Positions 25,144 through 36,849 of a DNA stretch of 64,000 nt are shown here, piece by piece. Position 1 is the stretch's first letter. Each line of letters starts with the position of its first letter. Location of the stretch: assembly GCA_976551045.1 (NCBI GenBank), contig CDPCPM010000054.1, positions 11,532,001-11,596,000 on the forward strand, given 5' to 3'. The DNA is from Glaucostegus cemiculus. Lineage: Eukaryota. The notes under the pieces are model-generated. The model worked only from the letters and a program-made list of their open reading frames with translations. It was not told where the DNA came from and searched no databases. Position numbers and translations under genes: made by a program.

Positions 25144-26189
25144 TAAAGGTGGATATTGCTCCTGCCAGGTGCGTGGATAAGAGGGTAGCCTATGTATGGT
25201 TGTTAAATGCATCTCTTCTGTTGGATGTTTGTAATTATTTATAGTCTGATGAACATAAAGCCACCTCCACATGATTTCCACTGGTAATTCTGACCAATTA
25301 ATTTTGAGGAGAGCCTGGTGAAAGCACTTCAGGGGATGGTGACTGGGATTCCAGTTTGGGTCGGTCTATTGGGACTTGTTTGGCAGACAGCTGGGCATCT
25401 CTCTGCCCATGACAGAGGGAGAGATGTGTCTGGCCCTTTAAATAGCACTACCGTGAAGCCTACAGGTAAGTGGTAAAAGGTAGCTCCTCTGTGATGGAAC
25501 AGTTCCTGAGGTGATTCAGAACAATGTGGTTGAAAATCTCACTGAAGGTAAATTTTGGGCAGGATGCCAGAAATTCAGTTCAAAGGTACACAAAAATCTC
25601 ACAGTAAAAGACCACACAATGCTAATAACTTGTGTTAATTCACCTAGATAATTGCATGGATAGGACCATGCTGTTTCCTGGTGTGGTACAGATGAATCTG
25701 CAAGCCTTGATGTTTTCCTCTCAAAATCTGATGGCCAGATTCAAATGGAAAATCTCTCTTTTATATTTTTTAAGACTCCATTGATCCCATCCAGGGGTGT
25801 GTTGGGAATGATGTAAGCAGCCACACATTTAATTGTCTCACCATTTACTTAATTCTTCCACAAGAGCCTGAGTGACAGAACAGCTGTGTTCATCTTGTGC
25901 AATTGTAGAGTAATTTTCTACTTTGTATATTTAGCCACAAAATGGAAACAAGGAGACCCTTGAACTAGTTCCACTGTTCAATTACAGCAAGACTGATCCT
26001 TATCTATACTAGTTCCCTGTCCCTTGAATGCCGTTCCAAACAAAGAGCAAACTAAACATTCCCTGTATTCATCCCCCTGCTTTAGAAAGTCCTTTCCTTA
26101 GTTACCAAAGCCCACGTCCTGGAATTCCCTCCCTAATCCTCTGGACCGATTCTCCTCCTTTAACAAACTCCTTAGGGCTTGTTGAGTCT

Positions 26190-26530
26190 ACATCTGCGGT
26201 GCAGCATACAGTATTAATCCCCATATTTAAGGAAGAATGTGAATGCGTTGGAAGCATTTCTGAGAGAAAGTTCTGGAATGGATGGGCTGCCTTCTGGGGT
26301 TGGACGGGCTAGGCTTGTATCCAGTGGAGTTTAGAAGATTGAAAGGGGACAATTGAAACATTTTAGTTTCGGAAGTATCTTGACCCGGTGGATGTGAATG
26401 TTCCCTCTTGCAGGGGAATCTCGAACATGAAGACTGGTTAAACATAAATAAAACAGAAAAGAAGCAAAATTTTTGAGGATAGTGAGTCTTTGGAACTCTC
26501 TTCCTGTAGGCTTGTGGAAACAAAGAGTTC
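26190..26530 (+). mobile_element. Old CR1 3' fragment
   Basis: CCCCATATTTAAGGAAG...TGGAGTTTAGAAGATTGAAAGGGGAC...TGGAACTCTCTTCC. Confidence 0.65.
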
Positions 26531-27784
26531 TTAAACCTTCCTTGCAGTAAAGGTTGTTTCTGACTTTAATAATTTTTAAATGTCTCTGACACAAATAATT
26601 TAAAATATTAAACTAAAGCAAAACAATTTCAGACAGGAACGATGCATCTAATCTATAGATGTGTAATCCTCTATGAAATAATTATGATTGGTGAATCGAT
26701 TCCTCAAGTAAATGACGGAGAATCTCAGCGAGACTGGATTCTGCATCAAGTCCTACTGTGGAGCCAACTGACAGTCAGCGAGACCAGGATTTTCATGGTT
26801 TATAGTACATGGCCCAGGACTTGAACATTAACGTTTGGATCAGACCTCTCAGCAAAAGCACTAACCCAAACACTGTAAGCTGACTTTGAGTACATCTTCA
26901 CAGTAACAATAACTGGGCAGTGAATGCTGGCTGCTGAGTTGAGAGTGCTTAACTCTTTTAATGGGATGTTTAGATTTGTGAGGCCAGGGAGTATAGAAAG
27001 AAAAGCATTTCAACTCCCAAGACTCCCAACAACTGAGAGAGAAATGCCTGCTTGCTCAGTATAAAGTGAAAGCTGCTGTTCCTGGCCAGATCACCATCAG
27101 GTCAGCTGGTACAGGTACTACTGAAGGAAGCTAAGTGACCAATAAACTGTATTGCTGTGGTAGAGGTGCCAATTTGCATGGGCATATTGGAGGATGTACC
27201 ACATGACTCCAGCATTGTCCCTGACAACCCAAACTGGTAGAAGGGGAATTGAGATGGAAGTATTTTACTCAGAGAGTGGTCGGTGTCTAGGAACCCAATG
27301 CCAGGGGCAGTCACCCTGATCACATTTAAAGAGTAGGTAGAAGAGTCATAAACTGCAGAGCTATGCACCAAGATCTGGAAAGTGGAATTAACCTAAGGTC
27401 CACTTCTGGCCAGAATGGATGACATGGCCCAAATGGCCACCTTCTGTGCTATATGTTTCTGTGACTTTCCTATGGCTACGTTGGTAGCAGATGTAGTTGT
27501 TGGCCCACCCGTCGAGCTCTCTTCCACTCAGCATATCTCACTCTTGGCCCCGGCATCCACCCTGTCTCACACTTCCATGGCTCCTCGTGTGTGGTAGCAA
27601 CAGAGGATGCACAGTCTCAATTCCCCATCTGGTCTGAAACTGGCTGATACCAGACACTGGGTCTGGCTTATCCATGCCTCTGGAGGTAGCTGGAAGGGAG
27701 CGGGTAAGACAGACAGACCAGTCCAAAGGGAGTGCTGCAGAAAATTCAACCTGCAGCAATGCAGAAGTGATAATAAGTAGCTTA

Positions 27785-27910
27785 ACAAGCTTTGTTTGTC
27801 TCCTTCCCAGTTCTGATGAAGGATCTTTGACCTGAAATGTTAGATCTGTTTCTCTTCCCACAGATGCAACCTGACCTGCTGAGCATTTCCACCATTTTAT
27901 GTTTTTATAT
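27785..27910 (+). mobile_element. Penelope pLTR fragment with hammerhead-like core
   Basis: AGTT CTGATGA AGGATCTTTGACCT GAAAT GTT, then CACAGATGCAACCTGACCTGCTGAG. Confidence 0.7.
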
Positions 27911-28005
27911 TGCTGATATGTAATCCTTTGCCACTGATTTTAGTCATTCTTTCATTTTCTGATCATTGTTAGGAGGTGGGTGGTGGAGTCCACCTCCAGA
28001 GTCCT

Positions 28006-28352
28006 AATGAGACAAGAAATTCTGCAGATGCTGAACTATCTGGACCAACACATGCAAAATACTCAAGGAACTCAGCAGGACAGGACTGGAGGGAAATAAG
28101 CAGTGGACCTTACGGGTCAAGACCCTTCTTCGGGACTCTTCACATCCTGATGAAGAGTATTGATCTGAAACATTGACTGTTCATTTCCCTCTATAGATGC
28201 TGCCTGACCTGCTGAGTTCCTTCAGCAGCTTGTGTGTGTTGCTCCAGAGTCCTGACACAGGGTTTTGACCTGAAATGTCAAAAGTTCCTTTCCTCCCACA
28301 GATGCTGCTCGACCTGCTGAGTTCTTCTAGCAGATTGTTTGTTGCTCCAGAA
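28006..28352. mobile_element. Penelope-derived fold-back unit (28006-28241) plus a tandem pLTR unit (about 28248-28352)
   Basis: Inverted arms; three hammerhead-like motifs (one minus, two plus); CTCCAGAGTCCT duplicated at 27994-28005 and 28242-28253. Confidence 0.75.
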
Positions 28353-28409
28353 ACTGATTAACAATCCCAAGAACAATCAAAGTCCTGAATTTAAACAGCC
28401 TTAGGTGTT

Positions 28410-28710
28410 ATGTCATAGAGTCATGCAGTCATGCAGCCCTTCGGCCCACTGAGTCTATACAATCATTAAGCTCCCATTTATACTCATTCCATTTTATTCT
28501 CCCCATGTTCCCATCAACTCTCTCCAGATTCTACCACTCACTGGACAATTTATAGTGGGATTTGGGTGGAAACTGGAGCACACAAAGGAAATTCACACAG
28601 CCACAGGCAGAACATACAAGCTCCACACAAACAGCAATGGAATTCAGGATTGAATCCCGATTGCTACAAATGTGAGGCAGCAGCATCACAAGCTGCGTCA
28701 TTATGCACCT
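28410..28710 (-). mobile_element. V-SINE (HE1-like)
   Basis: CR1-type tail GCCCTTCGGCCCAC; V domain reverse complement GGAAACTGGAGCAC...GAACATACAAGCTCCACACAAACAGC. Confidence 0.75.
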
Positions 28711-29284
28711 TTTTGCGTCCTCTTCAATGTTGGAAAATAGCAAGTTCATTTCTCTCTGTCATTAGCTAGGCCTCTGGATTACTAATCCATTTACATTGTC
28801 ACTGTGCAACCAAACTCCTTTGAAATTGGGCATAAAAAATCTTGGAAGACAATTTACTGAGAAGGACTGATCCATTGACCTGGAAAAGTGGGTATCAGCA
28901 TTCAGTAAAAGCATTGAACCCATTCAGATCAACAGCTGCTTCACTAATTAATCCTATCTATTGGGCCAGGGAGAAGAATGAGGCTTCTAACCTATTTACT
29001 GAAAGAGCCTAAGTGAATTAGAACGTGAATTATGTATAACCATACATCTTCACTCTTTGTTTCTTGATATTCTATGGCTTGAATGGCTGGTGTAATTAGA
29101 AAGAAGTATACAATGAGACAATTAAATCACCTTAAATTTTGTGCATTGAACATTCACATGTGAAAAGCAACCAATGCATAAATTCAAGCTTTGAACTGGA
29201 TTTTGTTTTGGAAACATGTTCTATTTAAAACTATGAACATCCTTATATTCAAGGGAGAGAGCCCATCCTAAACACATATCAATA

Positions 29285-29700
29285 ACAACATCTACCTGTG
29301 TATAGGCACGTTGCCTTTTGTGTAGTAAAGTATCTAAGGAGCTTCAGAGAAGCATAATCAGTCTATTTGACACAGTGCCACATAAGGAGATTATAGGATT
29401 GGAGACAAAGGCTTGGTGTAAGAGGTAAGTTTAGGAGCATCTTAAAGGAGAAGAGAGACAGAGGTTTAAGAAGGGAATTCCAGAGTTCAGCAGCTGCAGA
29501 CATGGCCAGAGGAACATGGCATTACTAAACACAAGTGGTGCAAACTGTCTCCAAGGAAAGTGACCAACAAGACCAGGGGAGGAATTGAACATAAAGGCAA
29601 TCATTTTAAGTTCGGAAAGTCACTAGAACATGGAGCCAGGAATGGTCAACAAGTTCAGTGGTGGTGGATGAATAAGACTTGGTACAAGTCAGGACTTAGC
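29285..29700 (-). mobile_element. L2-like LINE 3' fragment
   Basis: Homologous to 5120-5650 and 62800-63200. Confidence 0.55.
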
Positions 29701-29760
29701 ACATTGCGGTTCTCCTAATAAAATTACAATGTTATTAGAGTTTTCATTATGCAATCATTT

Positions 29761-29893
29761 GTCCTGATGAAGTGTCTCGACCCAAAACATCGACTGTCCA
29801 TTTCCCTCCATAGATGCTGCCTGACCCACTGAGTTACTCCAGCTCTTATGTGTGTTGCTCCATACTTCCAGCATCTGCAGTCTCTTGTGTCTC
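29761..29893 (+). mobile_element. Penelope pLTR unit with the best-preserved hammerhead-like motif (29761-29796)
   Basis: GTC CTGATGA AGTGTCTCGACCC AAAAC ATC GACTG. Stem I GTC/GAC intact; GAAA changed to AAAA and GTC to ATC. Confidence 0.75.
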
Positions 29894-30434
29894 CTGGTTT
29901 TTATGGTTATTGAATTACCTAACTAATCCTACCCTACATCCCATCCCTCCCTACCCCACTGCCTGTACACAACATCAGGAGTACAATCAATTCCAGTCTA
30001 CGTTAGAGACTTTCAGTGGCATTTCGATCATGGTTAGCAGAGTATGGTTTATATGGTACTTAAGTATATTGGTTTAGATTTCTACCTTTCTCTGATTTAA
30101 GAGGTGTAACCCAAAGTTGACAAAGCAGCTTGGTGCTTCTCCTCAACTGCAAATAATTTGTCTTTGACAATAGATGCATGGCTTTGCCCAAAATTACAAT
30201 GCTCTCTGTATCAGCATTAGCTGCATGCTGTTTTCACTTTTGAGTCAAAGAAGTTGGAGATTCAAATCCGGCTCTTGAAATCTGAGCTGACTCTCTGGAA
30301 TTGCTTCTCTGTTGGGTCGGCTGAATTTCAAACGATGCATTAAACCACAACCCCAACAGTTATCTTAGCCACACTATTGAAATAATGAATGCTATTGAAT
30401 AATCAATTATCATTCCTGAGGGTAGATACGAAGT

Positions 30435-30598
30435 AAAAACAGAAAACACTGGAAGCACACAAGCACCATCTGCAGAAAGGAAAGCAGAGCTAATGTTTCA
30501 GTGAGAAAAACCTTTGTCTTCTGTTTTCCTTTCCACAGACACAGACACTCCAGTATTTTCTGTTTTTATTTCAGATTTCCACCATCTGCAGGTTTTTA
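30435..30598. mobile_element. Old Penelope-derived fold-back remnant
   Basis: AAAAACAGAAAACACTGGA and TCCAGTATTTTCTGTTTTT inverted arms; TTCAGATTTCCACCATCTGCAG end. Confidence 0.6.
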
Positions 30599-30984
30599 TT
30601 CATTTTCATTTCCTGTAGGTTAACCATCTCAATGATAGTTGCAGGGACTCACTAGGTGAAGGTTAGCCTGCCTATTGTCCACCAAGGTGTGCTAGAGTTG
30701 TTCAAGCACCTGATGGATGATACAGAAATTCAACTTTAGTGCATTAATAAGAACAACAGCAAGAATCATACCATTAGAACCAATAATTAACTTATGTAGC
30801 CAAAGAAAGATTGTTGTGTGGAGCATTGTATAAGTGATTAAATAACAATAGGAACAGTTCTGATAAAGTGATGAATTAATCAAAAGGTCAATCATTTTAT
30901 GTCTACCAAATGTTATAAGGCTATTGGAGTGAACGGACAGCTAACTTGCCAGACCCTTGTCTGATGCTTGTATGATCTGCATTA

Positions 30985-31310
30985 ACTGTAGCTCAGTGCT
31001 TAGCACTGGAGTCTCTGAGTCAGGAAGTTGTGAGTTCAGTTCCCATGACAGATCGGAGAACATGCTGTGTTCATGGAGGTGCTGCCTTTTGGATGAGATG
31101 TTGGACTGTTCACTGTATAAAATCTCAAGGAACTATCCTGAACAAGACCAGGAAGATGGTTCCTGGTATCCTAACCAATAACACTGTCAGTTGAGATTAT
31201 CTGATCATTATCAAATGTGAGACTTTGCTGTCCATGTTAACTGTGGAGTCTCTTACATGACAAAAAGGGCAGGAGAGGCCTTACCATGATATGAAAGGGA
31301 CCATATAAGT
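30985..31310 (+). mobile_element. Deu-domain SINE, degenerate
   Basis: GTAGCTCAGTG...CTGAGTCAGGAAGTTGTGAGTTCAG head; GGATGAGATGTT; GATTATCTGATCATTATCA. Confidence 0.65.
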
Positions 31311-33033
31311 CTTTTAGTCTTCTCATTCTCAAAGCTCACTGACTTAATGTCTCTTGCCGATATTTCTATCATTTTAAAATCTGCAGGGTTTCAAGTATGC
31401 AACTCTTCATTAGGAAGTCTTTACATGTAAAAGGAAATCAAGGAATATCACGGGATTCATATGTTTCTGTTTTCCTCTTTCCCAACCACTATGCCCACTG
31501 AGTAAGGTGTCAAGGTTGTGACAGTGGTTGATAAAGGCACTCTGTCTAACTCTTCCCATTTCTTCACAAAGCTGCAATAGTTCCTCATGCACCACTTCCA
31601 AATGTCAGTCAGATTCAGTATAGATTCACCCAAGGAACAGCACGTGCACAGACTTTGGGAATGGGCAGGACACTTTAAGTGGGGACTGAATTTCTATCAA
31701 TTCAATTTACCACTTGGGTATTAACTTTATCTGAACGCCAGTTCATTTAAGATGCTGGAGAAAAAGCAGGGTCTTTTGTAAGCTTCATTTCTGAGCAATC
31801 TTGTTGATCTGAGTGATATTTTTAAACTCCCCTATTTGAAAGCAGTCCTGCACCAAAATCTGCATATAGAGCTGAAATTTATAGCCTGCAGACTTATAAC
31901 ATGTTCTGAACACTGCCTCCAATCAATACCAACTTGAAATGTCAGTGCAAGCTTTATTTCATCACAGTTTGAGCATTATAATTTATGTTAATAGTTTCTC
32001 CAAAGCTAAGAGCCATAAATATAAAATCAATAAATCCAATGGAAAATTTATGAGAAACTTTATCGCAGAGTGTGGGTGGAATGTGGAACTCTGTTTCACG
32101 TGGAGAGGTTGTGGCAAATGGCATTGATACATTCAAGGAGAAGCCAGCAAGGGAAAAATGAGGGGCATTGGAGAGGTGAGGATAGGTTGGAAGAGACTAG
32201 TGTGGGTGACACAACACTGGCAAGGATCAGATGGGCTGAATGGCCTTTTCCCATTATAAATTTGATGTAATTGTATTTGGGTAGAGGTGCCTGAAGAAAA
32301 ACATATACCTTTATTTTGGCAATGTACCAGTATTTTGGGAATTACATACCATGAAGATGGTTGATGCTGACGCACTGCTCACAGTCAGCAACGGAAGGGT
32401 AAATTCAATAATGTCCTATGCATTGAGCTTTTTATTTCTTTTTTTTAATCTTTCTTCCTACAGTTAAGAATTAACAACTTTGTATAGAGACAGGGGAGAA
32501 AAGCAAATCCCCTAATGGAGGCCTGCATTGTGACAGTGGATATTAATCATTAGGGAAGCTGTTCAAACCAGTTATTTCAGACATTGACAATCATCATAGT
32601 TACTAAAATCATTTTTAATCTGTATACACTACATAAGGATTTAAAGTTGAAATTTACTTTATTGAGACTTGCAACATGTCTTAGGCAGTTCTTTAATGTC
32701 TAGCTTGTTCTCTTCCTTGCCCCTCAAAGCATTCCATCAAAATATCAACCAGTCTTGTCCATTACTATAAATCAATGTTATTGGCTCCTAAATGCCCTCT
32801 GTAAAGGCCGTTCAAGCCATTTTGTTCAAAGGCAATTAGGGATGGGCAATAAATGACAGCTACAGCCAGATCCTGAAAAATGAGTGTTAGAAAAATAAAC
32901 ATGAAGTATTATTGAATGTATATAATTTTCTGTTTGTATTTGTGTTGCGAGTTCTTGTTTTCTTTTGATCAAATCTTCATGGGATTTTTGTATAATATAG
33001 GCTACCATTTAGCTAAACACAGATCAACAAATG

Positions 33034-33189
33034 GAGACACAAGAGACTGCGGATGCTGGAATCTGGAGCAACACATAAAAAGCTGGAGGACCTCCAGATG
33101 ATTGGTCTCGACTGAAACCTCGACTGACCATTTCCCTCCATAGATGCTGCCTGATCAACAGAGTTCCTCCAGCTTCCTGTGTGTTGCTG
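33034..33189. mobile_element. Penelope-derived fold-back unit with 14-bp TSD
   Basis: CAGATCAACAAATG at 33020-33033 and 33190-33203. Arms GCAACACA..AAGCTGGAGGA and TCCTCCAGCTT..TGTGTTGC. Central CAGATGA TTGGTCTCGACT GAAAC CTC GACTG. Confidence 0.82.
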
Positions 33190-34117
33190 CAGATCAACAA
33201 ATGTTCAATGTGGGTGAGAGCTGGAAGTACAGTGTCAATCAGCATGCTGCAGAGTTTGTTGGTAAGACAGGTAGCAAATTAATTTTTATAACTAGGAGTT
33301 GATGTTTGAAGCAGGAGAGCCTTGTTTAAAGAGATAGGACTGAAAATGAGGCAGAGACATTAGGATAGATAAAAGTTACCTTGTTTAACTCTAGCAAGAA
33401 GAGCCTCTGATATGTTGGTGAATTCTAATCCAGGTACTGAAATCCCTGCAAAGACTCACTCCTCAATAACTCTGTAACCTCCTCCAGTCCTACAGACCTA
33501 TAGGATCTCTGTATATCTATAGCTCCAGCCTCTGTACATCCCAAGGAGCATGCTCATCACTCTACTATCCATGGCTGTGCCTTCAACTGGCCATAACTCC
33601 GGACATCCTTCCCTCAAGTTTGGACTCTCTCTCCTCCTTTAAATCACTCCTTTAAACTTTCTTCCCATACCAAGTTTTGTGGACACCCATCCAAATAGTT
33701 TTTTTTAAATACAGCGCAGTGTTAAATTATGTCAAAAAAGGCAATTGAAGAAAGAAAGACATCACTGGAGTTCACTTCTAGAGAAACAAATTTGAAAAGC
33801 AGACCATAATTTTAAGTTAGACCATAACTGAAGTTCTGTGAATAGTTCTCACTCCCTTATTATCAAAAGGACATAGAAGCAATGGAATATTTGCAAGAAT
33901 GAGCTCCTGAATGGTTTATACCTGTTGGGGTGGATTGAGGAGACTGAGACTCATTTTTCTGGATGTGTTAGAAGGATTAATCAACTACAAAGAAGTTTCC
34001 ACCTGAGAAGGACATTAATTAAATTAAATGCCTTTATCCAATAAATCAGGTCAGAAACATCAGAGAAACATCTTTAAGTGTTTAGAATGTAAAATTTGTG
34101 ACTATGAGGAACAGGGT

Positions 34118-34422
34118 AACATAGAAAGCCTACAGCACAATTCAGGAGGCCCTTTGGCCCAAAAGGTTGTGCTGAACATGTCCTTACCTTAGAAATTATT
34201 AGGCTTACCCATAGCCCTCTATTTTTCTCATCTCCATGTATCTATCCAAAAGTCTCTTAAAAGACCCTACCATATCCGCCTCCACCACTGTTGCCAGCAG
34301 CCCATTCCATGCACTCACTACTCTCTGATTAAAAATCTTACCCCTGACATCTCCTCTGTACCTACTCCCCAGCACCTTAAACCTGTGTCCTCTTGTACCA
34401 AGCATTTCAGCCCTGGGAAAAA
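34118..34422 (-). mobile_element. Young CR1 3' end
   Basis: TRGHRFKVLGSRYRGDVRGKIFNQRVVSAWNGLLATVVEADMVGSFKRLLDRYME plus 3'UTR. Confidence 0.9.
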
Positions 34423-35239
34423 TTTGAGAGGAAACTGGAGAAAAGAACAGTTAGGTTGTGATAAATGAGACTTTATAAACATCAGCATGGACTAAGTGGA
34501 CAGAATTGCCAAGTTCTGGGCTGCAAAATTAGGGGGTGGAAACTCATCACTGGTCATTTGTGGTGAGTCCCTCCCAATGTTGATATCAGTGCTTCCTAGT
34601 CCACCTCCAGAATTCAAGCTAAATGAAGCACGTTTCAAAACAACATCACAACATTTATTTCACGCCCTGAAAGAATCTAACCTATTTCTCTCAATTATGT
34701 CAAGAGCAGTCACCAGTGATGTGAAATCAGAACGACATGATCAAATTTCATTCATGTACCAAGGAGATAAGCATCAGACAACAACTGTTCAGTAATCTAA
34801 GCAGCCAAACATGGCTAATTGAAGAAAATATTATGCTTGGATATACAGTATATTTTTAAGTGTTATGTCTTGGGCGGGTGTAACATGCAGAGGAAGAGAA
34901 ATTATTTTGGCCGCTGGAATCCTTTGCTTCTATCAGGATTGCTACTGAGACTGGGGATATTGCTCTTCTGGGTCAAAAAGATATGGCAACTGTGGAATCT
35001 ATCTTTGCAAACCTCACTGCAGTAGAACTGGAAATAGATTCACCACATTGAATAAAAATTGTTTGCTTCTTGTGCATTATGGATTGGACAGACCACCATT
35101 ACAACAGAACTATGCCCACCAAAGATAGAATGGCATCTATAAACAAAGGTCAAGTTCTGATCTTTAAAAGCTGAATTAATTTGGAGGATTGGTTAATGGA
35201 AATAATAAAAGGCAACTGGCAATGAAATAATTGAAGTGG

Positions 35240-35473
35240 TGTAGCAGCCAGCAGGGTGCTACTTGAAAGAAGGCCAGGACACGGAGATGAAGTTGAACAC
35301 GTTTTAATGAGTCTACCTGAGCTGCACACAACACGGACTAGGTAAAAACATGGCCGGCGGAAGTGACGTCATACTCCCGCCGGAAGTCCCGCCTTCCGGC
35401 ACTATCGCGGGAACTCGCGCGTTTCCCCGCGACGGCCAATGGCGTTTCGATGCCGACATCGTGAGTCGCTACC
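35240..35473 (-). mobile_element. Solo LTR, 234 bp, 4-bp TSD GTGG (probably Gypsy)
   Basis: Termini TGTAGC...GCTAC(C); GTGG at 35236-35239 and 35474-35477; ATTAAA on the minus strand (35303-35308); homologous copy at 61814-62048. Confidence 0.85.
35354..35399. promoter_or_regulatory. ETS-CRE composite motif and two more ETS sites inside the solo LTR
   Basis: CGGAAGTGACGTCA (35358-35371), CCGGAAGT, CTTCCGG. Motif match only; activity untested. Confidence 0.55.
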
Positions 35474-36019
35474 GTGGTGCTTTAGTACTTTCAAGATGCA
35501 TGTACCACTTGTGAGCTGAGGTTAAAGGGGACAGCTGGTAGGATAGCCAGTTTCATGCACAATAGGCTTGCTAAGAATTTCTTGGCTCCTTTGCAAAGAC
35601 CTGGCTGTGTATTAGCAGCCTATGTTACAGGGATGGCAGCACTTCCAGCAAGCAGTTAATTTTAACAGAGGCTACTTAAACAGCGTACTCCAGCAAACAG
35701 TCTACAGAATCTATCTGAATAGTGCACCACAATACAGGGTCTATTGCTAAAGAGTTTATGAACTTCAACAAACAGAATTCATGTTGAAATCTTGGTAATA
35801 TTTCCCAATATTAGCAGTGTGATTTCTCCAGCAAAGTAGTTCTATAATAAAATTTCTGGATAAGACTACTGTGCACACTACCAGCAGTAGGGTCACCAGA
35901 TGCGAATGACAGGGAAATTAATCAGTCATTTCCATTCAAGCTGGCTGCAGTCACCTCATGACAGACAATCAACAACAACTAAGTGCAGAGAGTATTAAAG
36001 GTGGCACTCTATGTACCTG

Positions 36020-36295
36020 AGTACAGAATCCAGACCAGTGCAGTACGCTTTCCCATTGATAGTGCTGTCAGATAAGAAGTTAATCTGGGGCCCATTCTGT
36101 CTATTTAGGGAATATAAAAGGTCCATGAGCACCGTTTGAAGAAGGCTCATGTTGTTCTTATTGATATTTTGGACAATATTTATCCTTTACTTAATATTAC
36201 TAAATACAAATAACTTGGTCATTATCACTTTAATGTTTGTGGGAGCATGCTGTGCAGAAATTGGTTGTTATGATTTCCTATACTGCAACAATCAA
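36020..36295 (+). mobile_element. Deu-domain SINE remnant
   Basis: TTTGAAGAAG...GGACAATATTTATCC...TTGGTCATTATCAC...GTTTGTGGGAGC. Confidence 0.6.
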
Positions 36296-36599
36296 TCAGA
36301 GATCTACTTGGGTATCAAATTCAAACCTGATCCTCAACCTGAGCCAACAGCCAATTAAAACCTCATTGAGCCCGAATACTCTAATTTTTTCCATATACAA
36401 TCTGACTTGACCCAAGCATCGCTGTAACTGTAATGGTGCCAGTCATATGTGGTAGTGCTGAGTGAATCTTCCTGAATTAGACAAAGCACTGAGCCAGGCT
36501 GATATAATATGACCTGAACCCACCTGAACCTGAACGTTTTATTAGAATATGCTCCAGATCTGGTCCAACCTGTACTGAACCCAACAGTGGTTAAATTCA

Positions 36600-36840
36600 C
36601 AATTTAGTAATCCAGAGACTGGAATTCAAATCCTGCCCTGGCAGTTGAGGAGTTTAAAAAAATATATCATTATTAATAATGAAACTATAAATCCACTAGG
36701 TTGTCATAAAAATCCATTTAGTTCACTCCTACAAGGGAAGATATCTGTCATCCTTCTCTAGAGTGGCCTATATATGACTCCAGACTTACACATATGGTAT
36801 ACTCTTAAATGGCTTGACAAGTCTCCAAGGACAACTAGGA
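36600..36840 (+). mobile_element. tRNA-derived SINE (family of 11535-11860)
   Basis: AATCCAGAGAC..GAATTCAAATCC; GTCATAAAAATCCA...GGCCTATATATGACTCCAGAC. Confidence 0.55.
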
Positions 36841-36849
36841 AAGCATATG

